This document shows positions 25,516 through 37,156 of a stretch of 64,000 nucleotides of DNA, in pieces; the stretch's first letter is position 1, and each line of letters starts with the position of its first letter. This stretch comes from Chiloscyllium plagiosum (lineage: Eukaryota), in the NCBI RefSeq assembly GCF_004010195.1, contig NC_057725.1, positions 57,533,757 to 57,597,756 of the forward strand, given 5' to 3'. A program made the position numbers and the translations under genes. Below the pieces are notes generated by a model. The model searched no databases. It saw only the letters and a list, made by a program, of their open reading frames with translations, and was not told the origin of the DNA.

Positions 25516-26750
25516 CACATTACCACTCCTTCCACATTATTTCAAAAATATTTTATTACAGTTCATTAGAAGACAGTTCCTGAATATCTGAGGTGTTAAT
25601 ACTTGAAGAAACATTCCACAGTTAATAGCTTTAAATTAGTTCCCTACCCAACAATGCCTGGTGAACTTTTAGCTGCCTCATTCAGATTTTTTTGCTGTGT
25701 CGCGACTCCAGTTCGGCTTCACTCACTGCAACTGTTCTCAGATCCTTAGTTAGCAGTTCAAGATCTGTCTCAAATACATCAGCGCTTTGTATGGCCTTCA
25801 TTACCTTATTGTCCTTTTCTTATTACAAGGTTTATATCTTCATTATTCATGACTTTCATAAAGGAAATATGAGAACAGTTCTCTCCAAGCTGAGTTCGAA
25901 CTGCAACTTTGAAGCAAAAGATGCTTTCTGTAGCAGCAATGGAAGAATGTTTCTCATAGCTTAGTGTTTTGACACAGTGGTTGATTGAACTTTTGAATCA
26001 AAGTCCATGGTCACAGTGTGAATTCCTGTGAAATTTCAGGACTTTCTAATGTTAAAATGCATTTTGCAATTTAGAAGTTGCACTGTTCGGTTTCTTCTCG
26101 TGAGTACAAGTTAATGTTTAGTTAACCAATGGTGACCATGTCTATTTGTCGTGAAAATTCATCTAGTTCAATAATGTCGTTTGGAGAAGGGAATCTGTTG
26201 TCCTTATCCAATCTGGCCTATATGTGACTCCTGACCCAGAGCAACTCTTAGAAACCTGGAAAGCCAATTGAATCAAAGGCAACTTGGGATAGATCACAAA
26301 TGGTGTCCTTGTCAGCGATATCCATATTCCAAATACGAATAAAACAAATTACTTTTTATTGATCATATAAGATTGCTGTTTGTGCTGAAGCTAGTAAAAA
26401 TAACTGTTAATTTCAGTAGCTCGTAAGTCACTATAAAACTCAGATTTATCAAGAATATCGATACTGTTCCTTATCCCACTTAAATTTCTAGTCAAAAAGT
26501 ACAAGAGAAATCTTGCCATCTCATATATGATCTATGTATTCAGTTTAGCTTTCATTCTTGATCAATCTTTACTCTATATTTTCCTCCTTCGGGTGTAATA
26601 CTGTGGATTATGTACAATTTCTCCTCTCTCAATCCCTGTTATAGTTAAATGCTTTCTAATTCCAATTCTAACATATCTCTGGCAAATCTAAACTGTTCTC
26701 GCTACCCTTCCTCCAACAATCTACAATGCTTGCTTTGGAAAAGAAAAGAA

Positions 26751-26911
26751 AGAGCTCATAGTTTAGCACTGGGAATTTGCGCAATGGTGGCACTAAATTT
26801 AATTTGATGGATAGAGTAGGCAGCAAATAAGCAAGACACTTTTTCTAGCCATGCTTCAGATCTCAGTTTAATAAATTGGACAGGTGACTGAACCATTTCA
26901 TGAATATTTGT
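26751..26911. repeat. Inverted repeat, right arm (~160 bp)
   Basis: Reverse complement of 25356-25515. Confidence 0.9.
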
Positions 26912-27050
26912 TTAATCATCTTTTTAAAAAAAAATCTACAATGATGTTTGAGTTTGCATGGGATGCCACAACAGAGTGTACTTTTAAAATTTAGTAATGT
27001 TAAGCTCAGTTGGTTGGAGTTTAGTTCAAACTGTAGTAAGTCTCATTGGT

Positions 27051-27255
27051 GGAGAAAGTGAGGACTGCAGATGCTGGAGATCAGAGCTGAAAATGTGTTG
27101 CTGGAAAAGCGCAGCAGGTCAGGCAGTATCCAAGGAACAGGAGAATCGACGTTTCGGGCATAAGCCTGAAGACGGGCTTATGCCCGAAACGTCGCTTCTC
27201 CTGTTCCTTGGATGCTGCCTGACCTGCTGCGCTTTTCCAGCAACACATTTTCAGC
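27051..27255. mobile_element. Palindromic Penelope-tail insertion (family A) with a ~15-bp TSD
   Basis: The left half is the reverse complement of the right half. taagtctcattggtg is repeated at 27037-27051 and 27256-27270. Confidence 0.88.
27162..27197 (+). ncRNA. Minimal type I hammerhead-ribozyme-like motif (family A)
   Basis: AAGC-CUGAAGA-C-GGGC(UUAU)GCCC-GAAA-CGUC-GCUU: 4-bp stem I, 4-bp stem II, palindromic ACGU helix III, GUC triplet. Confidence 0.55.
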
Positions 27256-29286
27256 TAAGTCTCATTGGTGTAGATGAGGTCAAGCTATAGAAATGCAACA
27301 ACAGTTTCACGCTTGTTGCCTCTATGACAACATTTTTTTTTCTTTTAGTTTGTACTTGAGCATCATTTCCAAGTCTAATAATGAAACTAAGATTTAGTTT
27401 GTCTGCATGTGAGTACAAGGTGTACTTTTCTAATCCAGCACTCCCTGTGATCTGCGCCATTATTATTCCACATTTTCTGAAGAAGACGCATTTTGCAGTG
27501 CAACAAAGATGATATTTAGATGCTGAACTATTTTTGGACATTTGTTATCGACAATTACTGTCAAGAGGTCCTTGATTAGTATTTTGGAAAGAATTTAACC
27601 TCCGAGTAATAGTTTGTTTACTACCTCATTCCTGGAAAAAGTAGCTCTCTCCACTCTGAAGAATATACAGCACAATCTGTGACCAGCTTTCATAGAGATA
27701 TGCAGCATGCAAACAAACCCTTTGGTCCAACCCGTCCATATGTAGCTCAGGAAGTGGACCTCAGACAGGCTCAAGACAAACATATGTATTCTTGAGTTGC
27801 TAGATAATGCTGAAAGTATGTTGATTCCCTGTGGTGCTTGAGGCAACTAAAGACTTGAGAAAGGAAAGCTTGCAGGTCTGAATGAGTGTTGACAAAGATG
27901 CACCAATTGTGAATCAACTAACTGATGAAGAGTTTGTGCCAATGATACTGCAGGGTGAAATAAAAATGAACGACATTCATGGTAAAACCAAAGTTGCAGT
28001 ACAAAATTTTCATCAATAAATGCATTTAGTTGGCCACAGATCTGATATATGTATTGGAGCAAAGAAGATCTCTTTCTGAGAAAGAGGTCAGATCTGTGCA
28101 TATGATGCAAGGGAGACTCACTAAAGAAAGACAAACATCAGGCTGCAAGTTTGGTTCAAGCAAGAAGAACAGGCAGGTGATCCTCAGTCCTTGTATAAAG
28201 TGCCTGTCCAACTGCTCTAACTCCAAGTACATTGAGTGTCCCCAGAAACTCTCTTAACGGGAATGCTGTTGTCTGAGTCAGCCCGTTCAGTGAAGAGAAG
28301 CAGAATGGGATTGTTTTTAAAACTCCATTGTTGACCCTGAAATGTGACCACCTGTTTCTGGCAAGGCCCAGTCCTGAGGCTGCCAGATTAAGAAGGCACA
28401 AACTGAACAATGATCCCTGCTGTGCTTTGATTCATTTACAAGATTGCTACAGCTTTTTTGTAATAGTAATCATAATTTCCATGCACTTAGCATGGATGTA
28501 GACCCATTAAAGTTAGGTTGGTTTGACGTAGACTGCGACTAAATTTTATAAATGTTTAATATTCATTGTAACTACTTTTTGATTTTTTTTGTTCTGTTGT
28601 AATCTTTAATTTTGGAGGAGCATGGTATGGAAGAGATACTGAGTGAGCAGTAATTGGTTTTGAAATTCCATAAATTGGTGTTGAAGGGATTGACGTATAG
28701 ACAAGAGGATCAATGGTTTGGAAATCTGATCTGTGTTGCAATTAGCGAATGTCGGGTGAGTGTCCTGCCCTAAGGTGAGGAAAGAAAACATAAGATTCAG
28801 GCGTTGTGCTTCTAGTTGCAGCAATGCATGTCTTTATGGGCAAGGACAGTCTTAGCATCTACTGAGATGCTGCTTGTTGTAGAATGGTCCACAGATGTTC
28901 AGATACTTGTGGTATGGTGGTAGTGTCCCTACTTCTGAGCTCGATCCCACCTGCTCCAGGCCTGTGTCATAACATCTAGGCACAGGCAAATTAGATAATA
29001 TCTTGAATTTCTATGCACTGTCCCGATCTCCTGTCGGGAATTTACAGATGTTATGCAGCAGCTGTTTAGATCATTCCTGCTGAAGTTTTTCAGCAGGAGA
29101 TTGGGATCGTTGTGCAAGTCATTGGCCTCAGTGTCTGATCGCTTTTGTTGAAGAGTGGTTATTTCAGCCAAGTACCTGGCGCCTTCACTCGATAATCATA
29201 TCAATAACCCAGCAAGGGATGAGAAATTGGGAAGGAATGTTTTCTTAATGTAATTAAGAATTTTCCCTTTTTGTGTGTTACCACAG

Positions 29287-29372
29287 ATTCTTTTGGAGTG
29301 AGATATCCAGTGGCAACTATGCCAAGCTTCGCCTCCAAGTCTCAAGCCTTTGTAACTGAGAGAAAGTACTCT
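29287..29372 (+). CDS. PKP3: PKP3 coding exon 2 (DSFGVRYPVATMPSFASKSQAFVTERKYS); not in ORF track
   Basis: Pyrimidine tract and ccacag acceptor, donor TCT|gtgagt. The 86 nt convert phase 1 to phase 0, as needed to join exons 1 and 3. FASKSQ resembles mammalian FSSRSQ. Confidence 0.85.
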
Positions 29373-29679
29373 GTGAGTATACGGCCCCCAGTGTTGTAGT
29401 TTATCTCTGCTGTTATAGTTTCACGAACAGCTCAAACATGACTAGGATCGCAACTGAGCCATTATGTGGGTGTAATGATCCTTCGCGGGGGTTGTGGGGG
29501 GAGGTAGCAGTCATGTTTCTGCTTCCTCATTTGGGTAGGGTTTTATTTCCTGCAGCAAAAAATATCCATGGCAATAAAAGCAAGGATCTTGGAATACATA
29601 ATTCCAAACATTGCCCTTCAATCATTTGGAGACCAGACACTGCAGTCCCTTCAGGAATTGTAGCATTTTTGTATAATGC

Positions 29680-30155
29680 AAATTTACAAGGATGTTGCCA
29701 GGGTTTGAAGGTTTGAGCTGTAGGGAGAGGCTGAATAGGCTGGGTTATTTTCTGTGGAGTGTTGGAGGCTGAGGGCTGACCTTTATAGAGGTTTATATAA
29801 TAAATGAGGGGTGTTGTTAGAGTGAATAGTTAAGGTCCTTTTCCCAGGGTGTGGGAGTCCGAAACTAGAGGGCATAAGTTTAAGGTGAGAAGGGAAACTT
29901 TAAAAGGGACTTAAGAGGCAACTTTTTCATGCGGACGATGCTGTGTGGCTGGAATGAGCTGCCGGAGGAAGTGGTGGAGGCTGGTACAATTACAACATTT
30001 AAAAGGTACCTGGATGGGTATATATGAATAGGAAGGGTTTAGAGGGATATGGGCCAAATGTTGGTAAATGGGACTAGATTTATTTAGGAAATCTGGTTGG
30101 CATGGATGAGTTGGACGAAAGGGTCTGTTTCCATGCTGTTCTACTCCGACTCTAT
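29680..30155 (+). mobile_element. CR1/HER1-type LINE 3' fragment
   Basis: Collinear with 19335-19795. Confidence 0.88.
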
Positions 30156-31356
30156 TTGCATTCAACACGTTTACATAATAGGAAATACTTTGTGCTCCAA
30201 AATATGTTTGAAGTTTAATTTGTATTTTCAGATTTGAGCTTAATAAAGAGTAGAGTTAGTGTTTGTTGCAGAACATTACAGTATTCTAATATGCTATAGA
30301 TTCCAAAATGTCAGAACAATTATGGATGTAGGAGATTTCTGCACCTATTTTCAGAAGTTGAAAATGAATTTGAAATGTATTGAAATGAAGTGAAGATCAA
30401 CCATGATCTAGTTGAATGATTTCAAGGAACTTTGTCCTGTTCCTATGTTCGTTAATTAGTCACTTGCAGCAAGGAACAATGCTCAGAGTGCACTGATTTG
30501 GAAATCAAAAGCTGGAGTAACTAATGTTTTCATATATGGCTTGACAATGAGAAGTCTTTCTGGAAATATTGCTCCTTGACTGAAGGTGCAGTTTGGTGAT
30601 CGGCACTAAAGCTTGTGATTTCTGCACACTAAATATGGGAAGAATATAAACTCAAATCCATTGAGCTTTTGCCAGGGATTAAAGTTGACAGTTCTGAAGA
30701 CAATCTGAAAAGTAACTACTTTTTTTTTCCCCCAGAGGCTGGGAAAGATAAACAATAAACTAGTTGTCATTGTAAAGACCCATGATAGATTGATCTTACT
30801 GGTTGGTGGCAAATTTATGACAAATAATCTCAAAATTAGACAGGAGATTTGAAAAGTTTCTTTACAATTCGAACCATCCTCCATGTACATCCTCTGCCTC
30901 AAACTATTGTGTTTTTTAGAAAAAAGGGAGTTAAGTTGCTTATTGGAAAAGGGAAATAGTGAATGAGTGAGATTATTTTATAGAGAACTACTTGGTGTAA
31001 ATGTGAACCAAAGAGCATGTTTTTGTGCTTAACAAATGAGATACAATTGCTAGTCAGTGGTCCTGATATTGTGCAGGTGGACCACTGGCAGAGAATAGGG
31101 CAGGGCAGTACTGTGATGCATACTGCAGTCAAGTAGCTGCCAACATTCACTGGCTGAAAAATTGCTTCCAACTTCATAGATTTGCCAACAACTGTAAAAC
31201 CAAAGCCCTACGTGATTCAGTACTTATGTTGAGCAGTTGAAGTCAGTGGAGTTGAGGAACATATTAAACATCTGGACTTCATAATTGAACTGTTTCGAGT
31301 TTGCTTTTGTGGTGCTGTGCTTAATAGGTTTCAGAGTTATTGGTTTTCTCCCCCAG

Positions 31357-32156
31357 ACTGCCAAGCCATCGATGTACAAACAGGGGACGAGTCGAAACTG
31401 GTCGTCTCGTTCAGCCGTGGGGGATTACTCCTTCAAAGGGGCAACCACAGGAGATCAATATGTCAGGCAAAGGGAGGAGATGATCTCTCATTACAGACCC
31501 ATTTCAATTCATCAGACGTCTTCAAGACCACAGTCCTTCCATCAGTCCACAACGTACAGATATGTCAACCAAGGACTAATGGATCAGCAGGACATTGACA
31601 ACTTGTCACTACACTCAATGCAGCTGCCTGGTAAACATGCTGAGATCATGAGGAAGAAGCCTTGGTCTGGAGCACAAATGAATGGACAGGCCGTTTACCA
31701 AAGAGTAGACGATGGAGAGACCAGCATGATGTCAGATCAGGTTGATAATGGCTATTCATCCTCACGTGGCCGCAATAGCTATAGCACCAACACCTACAAT
31801 ATGAGCCACGTGACCAGTAAATCTCCAGTCAAGCAAATGGGTAATTTGAGCCTGCCTAGATCCTTAAGTGGATCAGTGGGTATGGCTGGTTACGCAGTGG
31901 AAGGGATGGAGGAGATGTCTGACCGTCGACAAATCAGACCCCCAGCTCAGCGCACCTTGCAGAGAGTCCAGCAAAGCAGCAAAGTAGCTCGAGGAAGAAC
32001 AGCTTCAGGTTCCTACTCAACAGTGCAAATGGCACATGCTCCATCGCTTCGCAGTTTGGGCAGATTGGAGGGCAGTATGCGGGAATTGGGAGACCTCCAA
32101 GCGCAGGAGTTAGAAGCGACGAGGCTTGATGGATTTCAAATGGCCCAGCTGACGCA
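31357..32156 (+). CDS. PKP3: PKP3 coding exon 3, large head-domain exon (TAKPSMY...WSSRSAV...RPPAQRTLQR...APSLRSL...QLT)
   Basis: Lies within ORF 31285-32160. Acceptor ttttctcccccag, donor CA|gtaagt (phase 2). WSSRSAV and PA.RTLQR are PKP3 head motifs. Confidence 0.92.
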
Positions 32157-33411
32157 GTAAGTCTGCAATTGACCTTGTAAGCGAAGCAGTATTAGCAAGG
32201 TTTTCAATTCACTTTGTACGCGAGTGGGGCATTTTTAATCTTTGTTGTTGACTCGCAAGAAACTCAGAAAAACTCTGGATAGAATCTCTAGAGAGAGGGA
32301 GAGAAAGACTCGATTTTAGAGATTGATATTGTTTCATCAGAACAAATTTCTAGTTGGCTCATTAGTTGTAAATTGGGAGGGGAATCTATTATTTAGAATT
32401 TCCCAGATTCTATAAATAGACCTTTTAAAACTTTTAGGTTGCTTGCATGGCATTTTGGGGATTTTAGTTCTTCTAAGTGGCCCTATCAAAGCTTTTTTAT
32501 TTGATTGATTTCACAGTCCAATCAATGTCACTGTCTGTTACCTTTATCACTGAATATTTCAATTCTTCTTAATACAGTCAGAGTATTCCCTCATTTTAAC
32601 AAGCCGAGATGCTAATCCTCAGTAAAAATATTTTTTTAAAAATGAAGCACAATAAATAATTTCTTAGAACAAAGACCTTTGTGATTTTTTGGGGGGAAAA
32701 AAACGGGGAAAAAAAGCCTTGAAGGAACAAAAGAATCTGGAAATCTTGGACAAGAAGTTGGACAAGAAACATGAACAAATTACATAGTTCTGTACTAATA
32801 ATGTATCTACTGTGAAACCAATAAGAGGAACAGGGTGTAAGAATTAGGATGCGAGAGAACGCATTCAGATTGTCCAGAATTTTCAAGAGTGTTATTCACC
32901 GAGAAGAAAGGGATTGTGTTTAATTTCATGTGTTTCCAAATCCAAACGTATTGTGATGCCACCCACCTCGTAAAGCCATTTTTGAGTTAGTGATGCCATT
33001 ACAGCACACCCACAAATAAAGTCACAACACAGAGAGGCCATTTGGCTCTCTAAAACTGGTCATTAATAAAACAACTTATTTAACTGCTCAGTTACATAGC
33101 AAGCTGGTCAGTCCTGGATTTAATTGAGCTGTGCTGAGTAAATATTTTTTTGGAGACCTGCAATTAGCCACGTCACCTATAGCCTATCAAAAGGCCATGA
33201 TTGGTAGACATTCTCTGGGAGAAAGCACTCTTGTGTGAATGCTCCATGTGGAGAGAATCTAGCTTTGCTATGATCCTCTCCACGAAAAATAGCTTTGTAA
33301 CCTGCATCGTTTGGACTTGCACCGGGAGGCCCCGCAGGAGGCGCAGGTTCAAATCCCAGCGAATGCATGGCAGATTTCACTTTCCATTCTTGCCACACAC
33401 TGTATTTGTTC

Positions 33412-33522
33412 TTGTAGCGCAGAGGTAGAGTCCAGGCCTCTGGGACAGGAGACTTGGGTTCAATTCCCACCTACTCCAGAGGTGTCCAAATAACATCGCT
33501 GAACAGGTTGGTTAGGAAAATA
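33412..33522 (+). mobile_element. Short tRNA-headed SINE
   Basis: A box tagcgcagaggtag and B box ggttcaattcc. No acceptor stem closes. Confidence 0.5.
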
Positions 33523-33911
33523 CCCAGTGATAGGGGTGCACAAACCATCTGTCCCAGGCCGGGACTAGCCTTTGTACGTTCTACAGTAAGTGATGCTCCT
33601 TTCCAGTCCGGCTTCCTCAGTTATTATAGGTAGTTTTGTAAGTTATGGAATGTTTGAACTTTGCACTCTTGCTCCTGGGTCTACTTGCCTTGCGCCCCAG
33701 CTTGGAAATGTAGACAATCCACCTCACGGAATTTTCCCATCCGCTTATTATTTTAATGAGTTGAAAGTTTTCTACAACCATTGACGCCCAGTATCCCATT
33801 CCGCACAGCTCAAGAGCAACCTTTCAAAATCTAGCCCGTAACTCCTTGTTTGCCGCTAATATGTTTCGGCAGATGTGTTTAGAAACCTGAACTCGATATC
33901 GTTCTCTCTAG

Positions 33912-34035
33912 TTCTGATGGTTTGGACCTGCCGACTGCTGTCAACCTTCTGAGCTCTCCTGACGTTAAGAATCAAGTGATTGGAGCTGGATATATCCAAC
34001 ATGAATGCTACCATGATGCGGGTGCTAAAGAGCAA
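33912..34035 (+). CDS. PKP3: PKP3 coding exon 4 (SDGLDLPTAVNLL...GAGYIQHECYHDAGAKEQ), start of the armadillo domain
   Basis: Acceptor ttctctctag, donor CAA|gtaaga, 124 nt, phase 2 to 0. Confidence 0.95.
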
Positions 34036-34224
34036 GTAAGAATTGGTGACTATGGCGAATCAGTGAAATGCTTTGAGTATTTTCCTTTAAGTTCCTGTCG
34101 CTTATCACTCTTTATTCTGAAATTCTTTTAAATTGAAGTATTGCTGTAGACATTCTGTTACATGTAGCAATATGTCACTTGTGTTATCTGTGTGAGTGCT
34201 ATTCTAGCCTCTTGCAGATCCTTG

Positions 34225-34475
34225 ATTTTTAATTACTCCACCATAAGTCATCAGCTGCCAAGGCCCTAAGCTCTGGGATTTGTCCCTGAACTCCTGCAAT
34301 TCACCTTGCTTCTTAAAGATATTCCTTTTAAATCTACCTCTCTGATCAAGCTTTTAACTATCTTCCCAAATATCTCCAGTGAGGCTCAGTATCAGGATAT
34401 ATTTGATAACGCTTCTGTGAAAACCCTTGTGATATGTTGCTTTATTAGAGACAGTATATGGGAATGAATTGTTGG
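34225..34475 (+). mobile_element. L2-type LINE 3' end remnant
   Basis: ggccctaagctctgg...aatctacctctctgatcaagctttt...ctgtgaaaacccttg resembles the L2 C-terminal (P.LWN..P; KT.LF..AF) and tail sequence. Confidence 0.5.
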
Positions 34476-35139
34476 GTGTAACATTCACATATCCCCTTGT
34501 TATTTGAACAGGCTATTTGCAAACATATACCCCACCAATCCTCCAAAGGTGTGTTGAGAAAATACCTGGCAAGACATGTCCAGATATAAGTTGGTATAAG
34601 TTTCGTAACAAATGAACTTGCAGAACAACATTATTATTATAGTATAGAAACATAATGTAAAATAATGAAAACGTCACACCTCTATGCTAATAAGTCATGC
34701 TTTATGAAACAAAATAATCTTTATCTCCTTCAGCATCTCCTAAATTTCTGAGTCTGGCCAGAGTTCTTAGCTAAACCTTTTCTGTCAAAGGAAGCCCAAC
34801 TTTATGTTGTGATTTTTGCTGATCCTGACTGACTGCCTTTGGTCTTAATCATCTGATATTCAGAGCCAGGCTAGAAGACCTCAGTGCCCAGAAAAATTAG
34901 CAGACAGATTAGAACATTGCTTATTGTTATAGATCTATGGCAGAATGTTACCAAAGCTTAAATACAAATGAGAGAAACTCAGCAGCTCTGACAGCATCTT
35001 CAGGGAGAGAAACAGACTTAACATTTTGAGTCCAATAAGACTTTTCTCGAGTCCTTTAGTTGGTAAAGACGAGTTAGAGGGTTGTAATGACCAAGCCCGG
35101 TATTACAAGTGCTAACATTGGATAGTTTTCCCTTATTAG

Positions 35140-35344
35140 GCTTATAATTTGAAGGCCATCTCGAAGCTTGCGAACCTCTTCAATCACGATGCGTTGGAAG
35201 TGCAACAGAGTGCGACAGCAGCAATGCGCAACCTGATCTATAACAACACCATGAACAAACAGGAGCTGGTCAAGCAGAATGGAATCCCCAAGATGATGCA
35301 GGCAATCAAAAGCATTGATGAAGAACTGAAGGCCAACATCACCG
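35140..35344 (+). CDS. PKP3: PKP3 coding exon 5 (AYNLKAISKLANLFNH...ATAAMRNLIY...ELKANIT)
   Basis: Acceptor ttttcccttattag, donor ACC G|gtaagt, 205 nt, armadillo repeat. Confidence 0.95.
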
Positions 35345-36204
35345 GTAAGTTTAATTCCACCCTTTTATAAGTTAGTTCGGTCCTTGAGCCTGTGAGTGAT
35401 GGTATGGTAACTTGTTGAGTATACTGCAACAAAGACCAAAGTACAAATTTGTATTTCCATCTAAACCCATCACGGGTCTGAACGAACCTACTTGGAAGGA
35501 CATTAAATTTATTTGGGTATTTACTCTTTACCCATCTTCAGATGTCATTAGATAGCAATGGTGAACCAATCCAAGGATTGAAAATAGCTTTATTAAAAAA
35601 AACCCTCATATTTCATGTGTTTTTTTTTCTGGCTGTGAGCTAGAGCCATTAATCAAAATTGCATTCACATTAATTAAGTAGTAATTAAATTTGCATGTTA
35701 CCTCATGGTCCTGCTGTGCCAATTTGCAAACCTGTAAGCCAGCCTAATTTATTGCGGTTTATGGTGTAATGTACCTTTTTTTTGACTTCAGGAATATAAA
35801 CTGGGAATGCTGAAAATGACAAGATAACCTCTTCTGAGTGCTTTCCTTTTAAACCTTGTATTTTATATGGATAAATTGTGCGCTTTATTTCGTTTACAGT
35901 TCTGCGTGTCAGAACCCGTCATCCCCTAGTCTGTAATGTGTAACCACACCATAATAAGCACTTCTCCCCCACCGCTCCCCACCAACTCCCAGCACCGCCA
36001 TCATCTCCAATCTGTTGCTGTCCCTGCTGACATTCACTGTAAGTTCATCTTCAACAACTACTTCTGAAGAAGATTCATATGCAGACTTGAAATATTAATT
36101 TTCTTTCTCCACTGATGCTGCCAGACCTGCTGAGTTTCTCCAGCATCCTCTGTTTGTTTCAGACTTCCAGCACCTGCAGTTCTTTGTTTTTATTCAACAA
36201 TTGT

Positions 36205-36480
36205 GGGTGGCACGGTGGCACAGTGGTTCAATTCCCGCCTCAGGCGACTGACTGTGTGGAGTTTGCACGTTCTCCCCGTGTCTGCGTGGGTTTCCTCCGG
36301 GTGCTCCGGTTTCCTCCCACAGTCCAAAGATGTGCAGGTCAGATGAATTGGCCATGCTAAATTGTCCGTAGTGTTAGGTAAGGGGTAAATGTAGGGGTAT
36401 GGGTGGGTTGCGCTTCGGCGGGGCGGTGTGGACTTGTTGGGCCGAAGGGCCTGTTTCCACACTGTAAGTAATCTAAACTA
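36205..36480 (+). mobile_element. HE1-type V-SINE with a deletion between the A and B boxes
   Basis: ggcacagtggtt|caattcccgcc junction, then V-domain and tail. Confidence 0.85.
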
Positions 36481-36676
36481 CATTCCAGACTATAACAGTA
36501 CTGCATCAGTGTTCCTTACTTAACATGTAAATACACTTTTCCACCTTCCAATCTCTTCCCTAATCACTAACTATAGCCCCACAAGTCTGTAACTCAACCC
36601 CCCCTTGTTTGTGTCTATAACTCCACCCCCACCAAACGCCTCTTAGCCAGTAAGTACTTACCATCAATCCCTCTAC

Positions 36677-36858
36677 TCTCCCACAGTCCAAAAATATGCA
36701 GGTTAGGTGAATTGGCCATGCTAAATTGCCTGTAGTGTTAGGTGAAGGGGTAAATATAGGGCAATGGGTCTGGGTGTGTTGCGCTTCGGAGGGTTGGTGT
36801 GGACTTGTTGGGCCGTAGGGCCTGTTTCCACACTGTAAATAATCTAATCTAATCTAAT
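36677..36858 (+). mobile_element. 5'-truncated HE1-type SINE
   Basis: 3' half only, ending in (AATCT)n. Confidence 0.8.
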
Positions 36859-37109
36859 TGTAACTGCAATTGCCCATCTACTCCAGCCTTTTACCCAAAC
36901 CACAATTAGTGACCTCGAGTCTAACTATACCTCTGCCAAATACTCATCTCTCTAGTTTGTATTCTTACAGTCTCCCCTTCTTTACAGCTAGTTAAATCTC
37001 TACTTACTTCTGTGATGTGTAACTTTCCTTTCGTTATTTCCCCTTCTAACCTTCATCATTCTGTGATTTTCCTTTTTCTCTCGTCTTCCTTCTTTCTTTT
37101 ATCTTTTTT

Positions 37110-37110
<1 letters not shown>

Positions 37111-37153
<43 letters not shown>
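37111..37153. repeat. (CT)n microsatellite
   Basis: About 19 CT units. Confidence 0.95.

Positions 37154-37156
<3 letters not shown>

Noticed and set aside
31285-31356. Signal-peptide-like hydrophobic N-terminus of ORF 31285 (MNCFEFAFVVLCLIG)
   Set aside because: Intronic pyrimidine tract upstream of the exon-3 acceptor; the start codon is TTG.
33412-33480. tRNA gene candidates here and at the HE1 heads
   Set aside because: They have A/B boxes but no complete cloverleaf, and they run into SINE bodies.
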